Of a DNA stretch of 64,000 nt, positions 1-11,329 are shown piece by piece (the first letter of the stretch is position 1; the number at the start of each line of letters is the position of its first letter). The stretch spans positions 15,088,534 through 15,152,533 of the forward strand of contig CM120644.1 of NCBI GenBank assembly GCA_051362555.1, in the 5' to 3' direction. This stretch comes from Lingula anatina. Taxonomy: Eukaryota; Animalia; Brachiopoda. Below the pieces are notes generated by a model. That model saw nothing but the letters and a program-made list of their open reading frames with translations. It ran no database searches and was not told where the DNA came from. Made by a program: the position numbers and the translations under genes.

Positions 1-30
1 CAATAATTACCATATCTCTCTTAATTTCAG

Positions 31-1538
31 TGTCTGGCTCTGCACCGGAAACAAGCGCGCTATCAGGAAATTCCACCACCGCATCAGCGGAGGAACTTAC
101 CAGCACAATCGACTCGGTCACAACCGTCTCACCTACCGCAACCAGCTCATTCGCCGTGACATCAACGGCGCCTGCTTCTTCGAGAACAGACGCTGAGCAG
201 TCCACATTCCAAACGTCAGCGATGACTGACTCATCTTCGACTTATCCCGGTTCTGTAGCAACTTCATCTCTGCCCTCTGGGTCAACTGTTACGCCCATGA
301 TTAACGGTACTATGACAACGGTTTCGCCGTCAACGGTTGCAGAGATTTCATTGACAACGGGGACTTCATTGACAACAGGGACATCAAATATATCATCAAC
401 ATCACCAGCATTGACCAGCACTTCCACAGCAACAACGACGACAGCGTTTTTAACGCCAACAACTACTGCGACAACTACAACGAATACGACAACAAAGTCA
501 ACAACGCCTTCAACTACACCAACAACTACGGCAGAGACGACTGCAATCATAACAAACGCTACAGTGAAATCTTCAACATTGCCAACGACAGTAACACTCA
601 ATGTTAACGGAACGACACTAACACCAACGCCTACTTCAACCAACGGCACTCTACCCGTAGACAGTGACCCTGCCAGAAACATACCTTCTAATTCATCAGC
701 TGTCAATGACAGTTCTATTGTTGCTGACGATCCACTACTTTTGACGTCACCACCTTCATCGACTCTGTCGTTGTCTTCCACGTCTGCTTCTTCTCCGTCT
801 ACTAATACTACTAATTCTTTACCTTCGACATCCTCTTCCTTTGCATCGCCATCAACAACAACAACAACAACAGCAACATCATCATCATCATCATCAACAG
901 CAACAGCAACATCATCATCATCAACAACAACAGCAACAACAACATCATCATCATTAACAACAACAGTAACAACAACAACATCATCATCAACAACAACAAC
1001 AGCAATAGCATCAATGCCCACAAGTGTTTCTCAATACAATACATCGCATTCTCCTCCAATGAATTCTTCTTTGCCTTCTAATTCATCTCTATCTAGTTCA
1101 AATTCTTCTTCATCCCCGACCATTATTTCTACAATTCCACCAACTAACTCATCTCTCACTAATTCTTCTAATTCGCCGCCTTCTTTCAATCATTCCTCCT
1201 CCCCTCTTCCATCTGTAAATGCTTCTTCATCGACAAACCATTCCGCTTCGAATGCATCATTTTCTGACCCAACTCTGTCTCCCACTAATGCAACTTCAAT
1301 CAGTTCCCCTACAACAGTTGGGACGTCGGTTTCCAGTCAGTCTTCCGCCTTAACTACACTCGAGTCCACAACCACTTTCTCTTCAACAACAACACAACAA
1401 TACATAACAACAACAACAATAATGACACCACCACCTCCAACAACAATAACAACATCATCGCCGACATCGCCTACTTCATTTACAAACACTACAACGACAA
1501 CTCCCGTTTCTCTGAACAAAACAGTGTCTCAGGACTAG
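31..1538 (+). CDS. Large Ser/Thr/Pro-rich mucin-like exon (5' part of gene upstream of window)
   Basis: Acceptor tctcttaatttcAG ends at 30, phase 1 (x|TG TCT GGC). The frame is open for ~500 codons dominated by S/T/P with many N-x-S/T sequons, and TAG is at 1536-1538. The ORF-track 'M' is a GTG spanning the splice site. Confidence 0.8.
850..1012 (+). repeat. In-frame (CAA/CAT/CAG)n trinucleotide repeat encoding poly-Thr/poly-Ser
   Basis: Runs of acaacaaca/tcatcatca inside the mucin exon. Confidence 0.9.
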
Positions 1539-2437
1539 ATACTAAATATGTCTTCAGCATCTTTAACAACACCATCAACACCAGCGTTCTCAGGCTCTGA
1601 TGCCTAGATCTCAGAACCCACCACTTTGAATACAACGACACTTCTGATAGGTGCGTATTCTAGTCGTTGCGACGTAACAGGGCCGGAATCATTTGACGTC
1701 ACACCCTGAGTGGTTATATTGATGCCACATTTTCTGTGATAGGCCCATGTTTACGTCGCAAGTTACAGGACAATCGTCACATGCAGCACGTATATACGTA
1801 GGCTTAGATGGCGCACATTACAGGGGCATGCTGACGTTATCTATACTTGGTATACTGGGGTAAATTTGATGCCAGAAATAACGTTCACGTAATGTGAGTT
1901 TATGGTGTGTTAACGTCACACAGAGCGCACCCCAACCCCGACTTCCTGTCATCATTCACGGAGAAAAATATCATAATTTTTTGTTATGATGTTGAATAGT
2001 AATATTATTATTTTTCCAAATAAGAGAAGAGACATTCGATCGTGGCAAAATACAACAGCTGATACTTGCGCTCTTAGAATTTTTTTGAGGATGTGCAATG
2101 AGGATGTTACATGGTACAAGGAACAGCGTACCAGGAAGTAAAATCGTTTTTAGCAAATGAACATGACTGCTAGATAAGGGTTGAATGTTTGTTCCTCTGC
2201 TTTTCAAGAATGCTTAGATTACACAAGTATATAACAATGAAGACGATATTTTCCTTGTTGCGTAGCTTTGCGCATATGTTTAGTCTATTTGTTACTCGAT
2301 CTTGAAACCGAATTGAAACTTTCTGCCAGCAGAGTAGAAAATTATTACTGACTATGCAATGCTGGTACTAAAATATAAAAAATACTCAAGTAATGCACGT
2401 ATATTAAATGGTTTTATTTATTCTTACTTCACTTCAG

Positions 2438-3700
2438 TGTAAGCCTATGGAACTGATACCCAAATACACCGTAAGTCCCATAAGTCCCTTTCTATTTTTT
2501 TTCAAGGGTGAATAACATGGATTGATACATTGTCCAATCACATTTCCCATATATTGGTTTAAAAAGTGCTTAGCCCAGTATTAAGTAAAAAAGCGTATTG
2601 TTTTATAGTGATTATAGACAATGATTCTGAGAATTTTAGTTGGTATTATGCAGTTCTATATTAACCATTGTTATAGTTGAATTCAAGAAAATTAAAATAA
2701 AAATAAACATGGAAAATATTCTGGCTTTATATTTATGTGTTTTTTAACAGGGATAAGCTTGGTTGAAACTGCGTATTTTGATGGGCATATTCACTATTAC
2801 GACTCACTAAATGTTAAAGCAAAACTGTACCCCACAAGGTCGAAGTTTGAGACCTAAAAATATTTACATGAACGCTGATGGAGATGATAAAAATGTCTTA
2901 TACCACGCACTGCAAACTCCTTTCACACTTTTCACGACAACCCTGACACACTGCAATTTATTCAGATCTGTTTACATTTTAATTAAATAGTTCAGTATAT
3001 ATCGCTCATGAGTGCGCGCAAATATTAACTTAAGCCACGTAAAACGATCAAATTTCTTCCAACCTTGATTTCGGGACATTTGTGTTGTCTCTTTTTTTAA
3101 CGCGCGCTATTCAGCCAGTTTTCATCACCAAACAATACCTTGTACCTTCATTCGAGAACTAACAGGAATAAAAATTCATGGGTCAAGGTGCTTTGGAAAA
3201 ATATAAAACCGGCATGTCATCATACAAGCTTTTTTTATCACTGTGCAAATATTCCCTCAAATGTTAGTTCGTGTCTACAGACAATGGAGTCGTATGTGTG
3301 ATTGACACTTCCCAGTGACAAAACTGTCACAAGCGATGAGTTTACATCGTTTTAAACAGTAATTTCACCACTACCACCACCACCAACAACAACAACATAA
3401 TTATCACAATAATAAGAAGAAGAAGAAAAAGAAGAAGAAGAAAATGCGTGTGAATCATTAGTTATATTGACCATTAGTGACCACTCAGACTTATAACAAT
3501 GTTAAAACGCGTACAAGTGTTGTTTTCAACTGAGGTGTAAGTGGGTAAAGTAAACGTATAAATGAGAAATATTTAATTTTTATCTTACTGTCTTGTTTTA
3601 TTTTTTCGTCTTTTCTCTCTACCCATGCTACTGGCATCAGAGTACTGATAACCTGAAGCCATGAAGGGAGGCGTCCGTTGTAAATTATTACCTATATCAG
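2438..3700 (+). pseudogene. Decayed intron-containing Ulp1/peptidase C48-like cysteine protease (probably transposon cargo)
   Basis: Joining AAC CAT T|gt (2669/2670) to ag|GG (2750/2751) gives NHWISLVETAYFDGHIHYYDSLN, the H-W...YDS motif. 3151-3166 FEN*Q plus ag|(3281) gives DNGVVCVIDTSQ, resembling QQxNGxDCGxY. An upstream QSHFPYIG segment also fits. Multiple stops and frameshifts are present and one donor is decayed. Confidence 0.5.
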
Positions 3701-4367
3701 AAGACATTTTATATGCAGAACATATTCATTTGTTTCTACTGCCTGGTCTAAGTCAATCAAGATTATTCGTGTGACCTACTGCTGTTTTCTTTCGTTTCGT
3801 AAAATCACAATTTCACGTGTTTTTCATTTCTCAGAATAACAACTCAGTTGATTAAAAATATGTTTTAGAGTACTGAGGTGGCTGTATATGCTACAGTGTA
3901 AGTCCAGTGTACTTTCAATTGACTCACTACAATTCACTACAATCAAAACAGCCATGCTCCCTCGGGCTGTATCGAAAATGCAGTCACCCTATGCCCTATT
4001 ACACTATCTACGTTTTGGACCAGTGTTCGAATACACACGTTCTAGAGTGGCCTGCGAGAAGTTCACGGCTACCTGTTCCAGTGTAACGGACATCGGGCTT
4101 ATTATAATTTTGGGGAGAAGGTAAGTTGCTTAGAAATTATCATCAAATTTGCCTGTACATTTCGAAGTCACTGCTTAATACTTATAAGTCTTATTATAAA
4201 ATAAAATGATAAACAGAACAATCAATTTTTTTTTAAAAATTAATAAAATGTAAATGTTAAAAAGTTATTATAATTAATCATGGGCATGACTATCATATGC
4301 CCCCACCCCCACCCCCCATGAACAGGCTAACCAGGAACGCCACCATGTGACTTTATATCACTAAAGG

Positions 4368-4402
4368 TATAAAAGCGCGAAAGTTTGAAATTGCGTTCAT
4401 TC
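4368..4402 (+). promoter_or_regulatory. Pol II core promoter: TATA box plus initiator
   Basis: TATAAAAG at 4368-4375 and TCATTC at 4397-4402, with the +1 A at 4399, 31 nt after the TATA T. This is canonical spacing, and GC-richer sequence follows. Confidence 0.55.
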
Positions 4403-4740
4403 AACGCAGACGGAGCTAGAGCAACAAGAAGGACGTCATGCACTGCGCCCAATATCAAGCAAAAAGGACACAGGAGTCGACTCACATTTTTCCGAATCTT
4501 TTCTAGTCAGCGTATCGCTCATCGACATGTCGATTCTTGCACACGCAGACGTCTGGACGGTGGATTCGACGTTTCTCTAAGCTGGCCAGCTTCTCTTCGC
4601 TTCTCTCCACGAGGAATCGTCGCAGGAAACTTCGTCGCCATCTTCTGTTGTGGGCTATTATTGTAGTGTCGTTGCATGTACATTTCTATGCATTCCAGGT
4701 TTCTTCTTATTACATATTATTATTATTATTCTTATTACAG

Positions 4741-7700
4741 GTCCAGGAAGCAGAGAGCTGACATAGGTAGGAAAAGTCATTAATCCGTTTTTCTTTCTGT
4801 TAACAGAACTCAATATGGCGATTCTCATTAGAGCTTCCACTGACAACTGCAAGGAGAAGAGGGCCACATCTACGCTTCAGCGACTCCGATCCCTTGGTGC
4901 CAGAGAGTTCCGCCATGGTCCGTCTACGAGGTGGCTGAATTGGTGGAGCGTCCAGCGAGTCCTGCCACGGTCTGTCTACGAGGTGGCTGCATTGGAGGAG
5001 CGTCCAGCGAGTCCCGCCACGGTCTGTCTACGAGGTGGCTGCATTGGAGGAGCGTCCAGCGAGTCCCGCCATTGTCCGTCTACGAGTTGGCTGCATTGGG
5101 GAAGCGTCCAAGGTATGTAGTGTTTAACTGAAATGGAAAAACCTTAAATGTAAGCCTGAGTGCAGAGTGCTGACATAGGTAGAAAAAGACATTAATCCGT
5201 TTTTCTTTCTGTTAACAGAACTCGATATGGCGATTCTCGATTGAGCTTCCGCTGACAACTGTAAGGAGAAGAGGGCCACATCTACGCTTCAGCGACTCCT
5301 ATCCCTTGGTGCCAGAGAGTTCCGCCATGGTCCGTCTTCGAGGTGGCTGAATTGGGGAAGCGTCCACGGCACGTGGTGTTTCACTGAGATGAAAGGTAAG
5401 CCTGACTGCAGAGTGCTTACATAGGTTGGAGAAGTCATTAATTCGTTTTTCTTTCTGTTAACAGAACTCGGTGATGGCGATTCTCGAGAGAGCTCCGACA
5501 ACAGGAAGAAGAGGACCACATCTACGCTTCAGCGACTCCGATCCCTTGGTGCCAGAGAGTTCCGCCATGGTCCGTCTACGAGGTGGCTGCATTGGAGGAG
5601 CGTCCAGCGAGTCCCGCCATGGTCCGTCTACGAGGTGGCTGCATTGGAGGAGCGGCCAGCGAGTCCCGCCATGGTCCGTCTACGAGGGGGCTGCATTGGA
5701 GGAGCGGCCAGCGAATCCCGCCATGGTCCGTCTACGAGGTGGCTGCATGGAGGAGCGGCCAGCGAGTCCCGCCATGGTCCGTCTACGAGGTGGCTGCATT
5801 GGAGAAGCGGCCAGCGAGTCCCGCCATGGTCCGTCTACGAGGTGGCTGCATTGGAGGAGCGGCCAGCGAGTCCCGCCATGGTCCGTCTACGAGGGGGCTG
5901 CATTGGAGGAGCGGCCAGCGAGTCCCGCCATGGTCCGTCTACGAGGTGGCTGCATGGAGAAGCGTCCAGCGAGTCCCGCCATGGTCCGTCTACGAGGTGG
6001 CTGCATTGGAGGAGCGTCCAGCGAGTCCTGCCATGGTCCGTCTACGAGTTGGCTGCATTGGGGAAGCATCCAGCGAGTCCCGCCATTGTCCGTCTACGAG
6101 TTGGCTGCATTGGGGAAGCGTCCAAGGTATGTAGTGTTTAACTGAAATTGAAAAACCTTAAATGTAAGCCTGAGTGCAGAGTGCTGACATAGGTAGAAAA
6201 AGACATTAATCCGTTTTTCTTTCTGTTAACAGAAGTCGATATGGCGATTCTCGATAGAGCTTCCACTGACAACTGCAAGGAGAAGAGGGCCACATCTACG
6301 CTTTAGCGACTCCGATCCCTTGGTGCCAGAGAGTTCCGTCACGGTCTGTCTACGGGGTGGCTGCATTGGGAGAGCTTCCAGCGAGACCTACCATGGTCCG
6401 TCTACGAGGTGGCTGCACAGGAGGAGCGTCCAGCGAGTCCCGCCACGGTGTGTCTACGAGGTGGCTGCATTGGAGGAGTGTCCAGCGAGTCCTGCCATGG
6501 TCCGTCTACGAGGTGGCTGCATTGGGGAAGCATCCAGCGAGTCCCGCCATTGTCCGTCTACGAGTTGGCTGCATTGGGGAAGCGTCCAAGGTATGTAGTG
6601 TTTAACTGAAATGGAAAAACCTTAAATGTAAGCCTGAGTGCAGAGTGCTGACATGGGTAGAAAAAGACATTAATCCGTTTTTCTTTCTGTTAACAGAAGT
6701 CGATATGGCGATTCTCGATAGAGCTTCCACTGACAACTGCAAGGAGAAGAGGGCCACATCTACGCTTCAGCGACTCCGATCCCTTGGTGCCAGAGAGTTC
6801 CGTCACGGTCTGTCTACGAGGTGGCTGCATTGGGAGAGCTTCCAGCGAGACCTACCATGGTCCGTCTACGAGGTGGCTGCACAGGAGGAGCGTCCAGCGA
6901 GTCCCGCCACGGTCTGTCTACGAGGTGGCTGCATTGGAGGAGCGTCCAGCGAGTCCTGCCATGGTCCGTCTACGAGGTGGCTGCATTGGGGAAGCATCCA
7001 GCGAGTCCCGCCATTGTCCGTCTACGAGTTGGCTGCATTGGGGAAGCGTCCAAGGTATGTAGTGTTTAACTGAAATGGGGAAACCTTAAATGTAAGCCTG
7101 AGTGCAGAGTGCTGACATAGGTAGAAAAAGACATTAATCCGTTTTTCTTTCTGTTAACAGAAGTCGATATGGCGATTCTCGATAGAGCTTCCACTGACAA
7201 CTGCAAGGAGAAGAGGGCCACATCTACGCTTCAGCGATTCCTTCTACGATCCCTTGGTGCCAGAGAGTTCCGTCACGGTCTGTCTACGAGGTGGCTGCAT
7301 TGGGAGAGCTTCCAGCGAGTCCTACCATGGTCCGTCTACGAGGTGGCTGCACAGGAGGAGCGTCCAGCGAGTTCTGCCATGGTCCGTCTTCGAGGTGGAT
7401 GCATTGGAGGAGTGTCCAGCGCTTCCTGCCATGGTCCGTCTTAGAGGTGGCTGAATTGGGGAAGCGTCCACGGCACGTGGTGTTTCACTGAGATGAAAGG
7501 TAAGCCTGACTGCAGAGTGCTTACATAGGTTGGAGAAGTCATTAATCTGTTTTTCTTTCTGTTAACAGAACTCGGTGATGGCGATTCTCGAGAGAGCTCT
7601 GACTACAGGAAGAAGAGGACCACATCTACGCTTCAGCGACTCCGATCCCTTGGTGCCAGAGAGTTCCGTCTCGGTCTGTCTACGAGGTGGCTGCATTGGA

Positions 7701-9523
7701 GGAGCGTCCAGCGAGTCCCGCCATGGTCTGTCTACGAGGCAGCTGCATTGGAGGAGCGTCCAGCGAGTCCCGCCATGGTCTGTCTACGAGGTGGCTGCAT
7801 TGGAGGAGCGTCCAGCGAGTCCCGCCATGGTCCGTCTACGAGGTGGCTGCATTGGAGGAGCGGCCAGCGAGTCCCGCCATGGTCCGTCTACGAGGTTTTT
7901 GCATTGGAGAAGCGTCCAGCGAGTCCCGCCATGGTCCGTCTACGAGTTGGCTTCATTGGGGAACTGTCCAAGGTATGTAGTGTTTAACTGAAATTGAAAA
8001 ACCTTAAATGTAAGCCTGACTGCAGAGTGCTGACATAGGTAGAAAAAGACATTAATCCATTTTTCTTTCTGTTAACAGAACTCGATATGGCGATGCTCGA
8101 TAGAGCTTCCACTGACAACTGCAAGGAGAAGAGGGCCACATCTACGCTTCAGCGACTCCGATCCCTTGGTGCCAGAGAGTTCCGTCTCGGTCTGTCTACG
8201 AGGTGGCTTCATTGGGAGAGCTTCCAGCGAGTCCCACCATGGTCCGTCTACGAGGTGGCTGCATTGGGGAAGCGTCCAAGGTATGTAGTGTTTAACTGAA
8301 ATGGAAAAATCTTAAATGTAAGCCTGACCGCTAAGTGCTGACATAGGTAGAAAAAGACATTAATCCGTTTTTCTTTCTGTTAACAGAAGTCGATATGGCG
8401 ATTCTCGATAGAGCTTCCACTGACAGCTGTAAGGAGAAGATGACCACATCTACGCTTCAGCGACTCCGATCCCTTGGTGCCAGAGAGTACCGCCATGGTC
8501 TGTCTTCGAGGTGGCTGCATTGGAGGAGCTTCCATCGAGTCCCGCCACGGTCTGTCTACGAGGTGGCTGCATTGGAGGAGCGTCCAGCGAGTCCCGCCAT
8601 GGTCCGTCTACGAGGTGGCTGCATTGGAGGAGCGTCCAGCGAGTCCCGCCATGGTCCGTCTACGAGGTGGCTGCATTGGAGGAGCGTCCAGGGAGTCCTA
8701 TCATGGTCTAGGGGGTGACTGCATTGGGAGAGCGTCAAGCGAATCCTGCCATGGTCTGTCTACGAGGTAGCTGCATTGGGAGAGCGTCCAGCGAGTCCTG
8801 TCTTGGTCTGTCGACGGGATGGCTGCATTGGGGAAGCGTCCAGCGAGTTCTGTCATGGTCCGTCTACGAAGTGGCTGCATTGGGGAAGCGTCCAAGGCAT
8901 TTGGTGTTTCACCGAGATGAAAAACTCTTAAAGGTAACTCGTGTTATTGGGGAGAAAATAGACTTAAAAGATTTTTTAGTTGGTCTTTGCCGTAAACTTT
9001 TCACCTCACTGGCCATTCGAGATTTTTTAGTTGGTCTTTGCCGTAAACTTTTCACCTCACTGGCCATTCGGACCTCGAGTTCCCTAAAAACTACTGGTCT
9101 GAGTCATGATTCACTGGTCCGAATAACAATTTTAGTAAAACTGGACTGGATTGCATTTTTATATTATTATTATTATTAACAAGAGCTTGATATTTTTAGA
9201 ATTATGGTGTATCAAATACATTAAAAATTAAATCAAACCAAAAGTTCTTTTGAAAACCTAAAAAAAACAATGGTCAAATAACCAATTTAAACATGGTAGA
9301 AAAGCACTTGGCAATGCATTGTTATGAAACGATCCACTGCCACCGTAAAAAAACTAACACTTTTTCCTTTGTATTTACAGTATTCGATTATGGCAAATCC
9401 AGATAGAGCCCTCACTTTTCGTAAGAAGATTCTAGCCATGGTCTGTTTAGAAGGTGGCTGCATGGGGGAACATCAGTAGCATATGGTGTTTCTCGGAAAT
9501 GGAAATCTTCAAAGCCGTAAAAG
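4741..9523 (+). repeat. Higher-order tandem array of ten exon+intron units with internal 52-bp subrepeats
   Basis: Exon-like blocks start at 4807, 5219, 5465, 6233, 6697, 7161, 7569, 8079, 8387 and (degenerate) 9381. The first nine follow ...ct(g/t)acat...ttttctttctgttaacAG and the last follows tttacAG. The subrepeat CCATGGTCCGTCTACGAGGTGGCTGCATTGGAGGAGCGTCCAGCGAGTCCCG occurs 4,1,11,5,5,4,6,2,8,(1) times, the last copy of each unit being partial. Confidence 0.95.
8969..9070 (+). repeat. Perfect 51-bp direct tandem duplication
   Basis: agattttttagttggtctttgccgtaaacttttcacctcactggccattcg occurs at 8969 and 9020. Confidence 0.95.
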
Positions 9524-10184
9524 GTAACTCCTATTGCGGAGAATAGGCCTAATACACTAAAGTCATTTTGTTTACCTTATAAAATTATTGAGATAAAGCC
9601 CCTGGCCACATTAATTTTACAGCCCACTTCCACAAGGTAGTGCATTTTCCCCTTGACCCATTTCTGGAAAAAAATTAACGTTAGTGGGTAGGGTAGGGAG
9701 AAGAGGTAAATAGGGAAACTACTGTCTTCTAAATTTCCGTTTTGTAGTCGAGGCAGATAGCATTGGTGAGCGCATGCCCTGATGATGGTCCACTTTCATA
9801 AACTTAAAATGGAGAAAACGATGTCAGCATATGGGATTTCAAGAGCCCTTGTCTAGTTGTGATACCATTGGAACTTAGGGCCCTTTAAGGTAAGGGTTAT
9901 GTTATGGGCCAGGTTAACAAACTGGACAATTTGTGCAACGCCTTAGACTTGTCTAGCCTGTGAATGTTGGTATTTTTTTCTTTCTACTTAGAATTTACTC
10001 AAGGACATTCATATGGCAGACATTTTAGCTCTTTTAATTTATCACAAACTTGAAAAACCCATGTAAAAAAAACTTATTTTAGCGGTCAAAATATTTTAAT
10101 TTGTCACAAACTCGCAGAAAAAAAAAAAAAGAAAGAAACATCACTCGTCCAAAATATTTTGACTTCCTATCGGCCAACTTTCAG

Positions 10185-10772
10185 ATCTTCACCAGTTTCA
10201 ATGTGACACACGTGGCGTTATCACTGGTCTGGAATACTAGGAACGACTACCCCCAACCTCGCCCCAGCGCTGTGGTTGTGGAACGTGTACTAAAACACCA
10301 TCGTGCAGGTGAGCATGTGAATTCATCTGTTTATATTGTTCAGATTGTTAGGCGTTTTCGTGATTCATATTCCTTCTTTTATCCCTTTTATTTTCTAGTC
10401 ACTTTCTTTTTGTAGAATCTTAGCACTCTCTAAAATCATGATGTGGTTTTCTTATATTGTGTTGTAGAAATAAAATAAAATAAATTAAAAAAAATATCGT
10501 GTTAAGAACTAAAACAATAAGAAACGTCAAAATACTAGAGTTAGCGGCATGTAAATATCAGTGACATAGATGTTCTTTGTTGCAATTACTAGAAGTTTTC
10601 AATTACTTTTCATACTTTTTGTGTGAACATGTTACATTCCATTTGTAGGCTACGAAAGGGCAGTTTTCCAGAATTAATGCCCGAACGCAGATTCCATCAA
10701 TCTTGGCCCAAATGTCCAAGATGTGAAACACTTAATGCGCTAGCAAAGAGCCCCTGTTGCCACTTTCATTGA
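10185..10772 (+). pseudogene. Two putative exons encoding a Cys-rich peptide with an internal stop
   Basis: tttcAG|10185-10308|GTGAG and tttgtAG|10649. The spliced frame reads LHQFQCDTRGVITGLEY*ERLPPTSPQRCGCGTCTKTPSCRLRKGSFPELMPERRFHQSWPKCPRCETLNALAKSPCCHFH*. Confidence 0.3.
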
Positions 10773-11329
10773 TCGGACGTCCTAGCAGTCTGGGTTTTTA
10801 AGGACACAGCCTGTCTGCAAAAATATTTTAGAGAATGTGGAACTGTTGTGAAGAGCGATATACAGTTGCTTTATCCACATTCAAAATGCAGATAAGTTTT
10901 CGCTCGCAAAACATTGTTATTATCACCACTTATGGTCGTCTGTGTTTTATTTCAATCTTAGTGATGTAGTCATTTTTCAAATTTGTGCTTTTGATGATGT
11001 GGAGTTGTTCGTCAGTATAACGTTTGAGAAGATCATAAGCCGCACACTAACCTCGAGTAACCCGCGCATTACTAATATTACTAATATATTATGATTTTCT
11101 CAAGTGTTCTAGTTGACAAACATATCCAATTCATCATATATGCACTTTTTTCTCCGGGCCCAAGAATTCATATTGAAATTTGCATGGACGGTCATACAGT
11201 GTAGTGTAAAATATGAAGTATGTGTAAGCAAGCTTGCTTTTCTTGTATCACATAGGTAATTGCGATTTCAGGGCAAAATTACATTTGAGAAACTTCTGTT
11301 TTAAACAGTGAGATGTCAATTTCAATCAT

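Noticed and set aside
242-1021. Minus-strand Val/Asp-rich ORFs (also 811-1059, 1337-1519, 21261-21576, 22618-23439)
   Set aside because: They are antisense shadows of the Thr/Ser-rich mucin exons.
3888-4124. 78-aa ORF ending near an AAG|GTAAG donor
   Set aside because: Possibly another decayed exon of the protease-bearing element, but no recognisable motif or clear acceptor.
4913-8900. HDV-like ribozyme in the 52-mer (GCCATGGTCC on plus, CAGCCACCTCG on minus)
   Set aside because: I could not form the P1/P3/P1.1 pairings or find the J4/2 C-x-A motif, so the resemblance is only local.
4807-8933. CRISPR-like array
   Set aside because: No unique spacers (the subrepeats abut directly), no cas genes, and a eukaryotic context.
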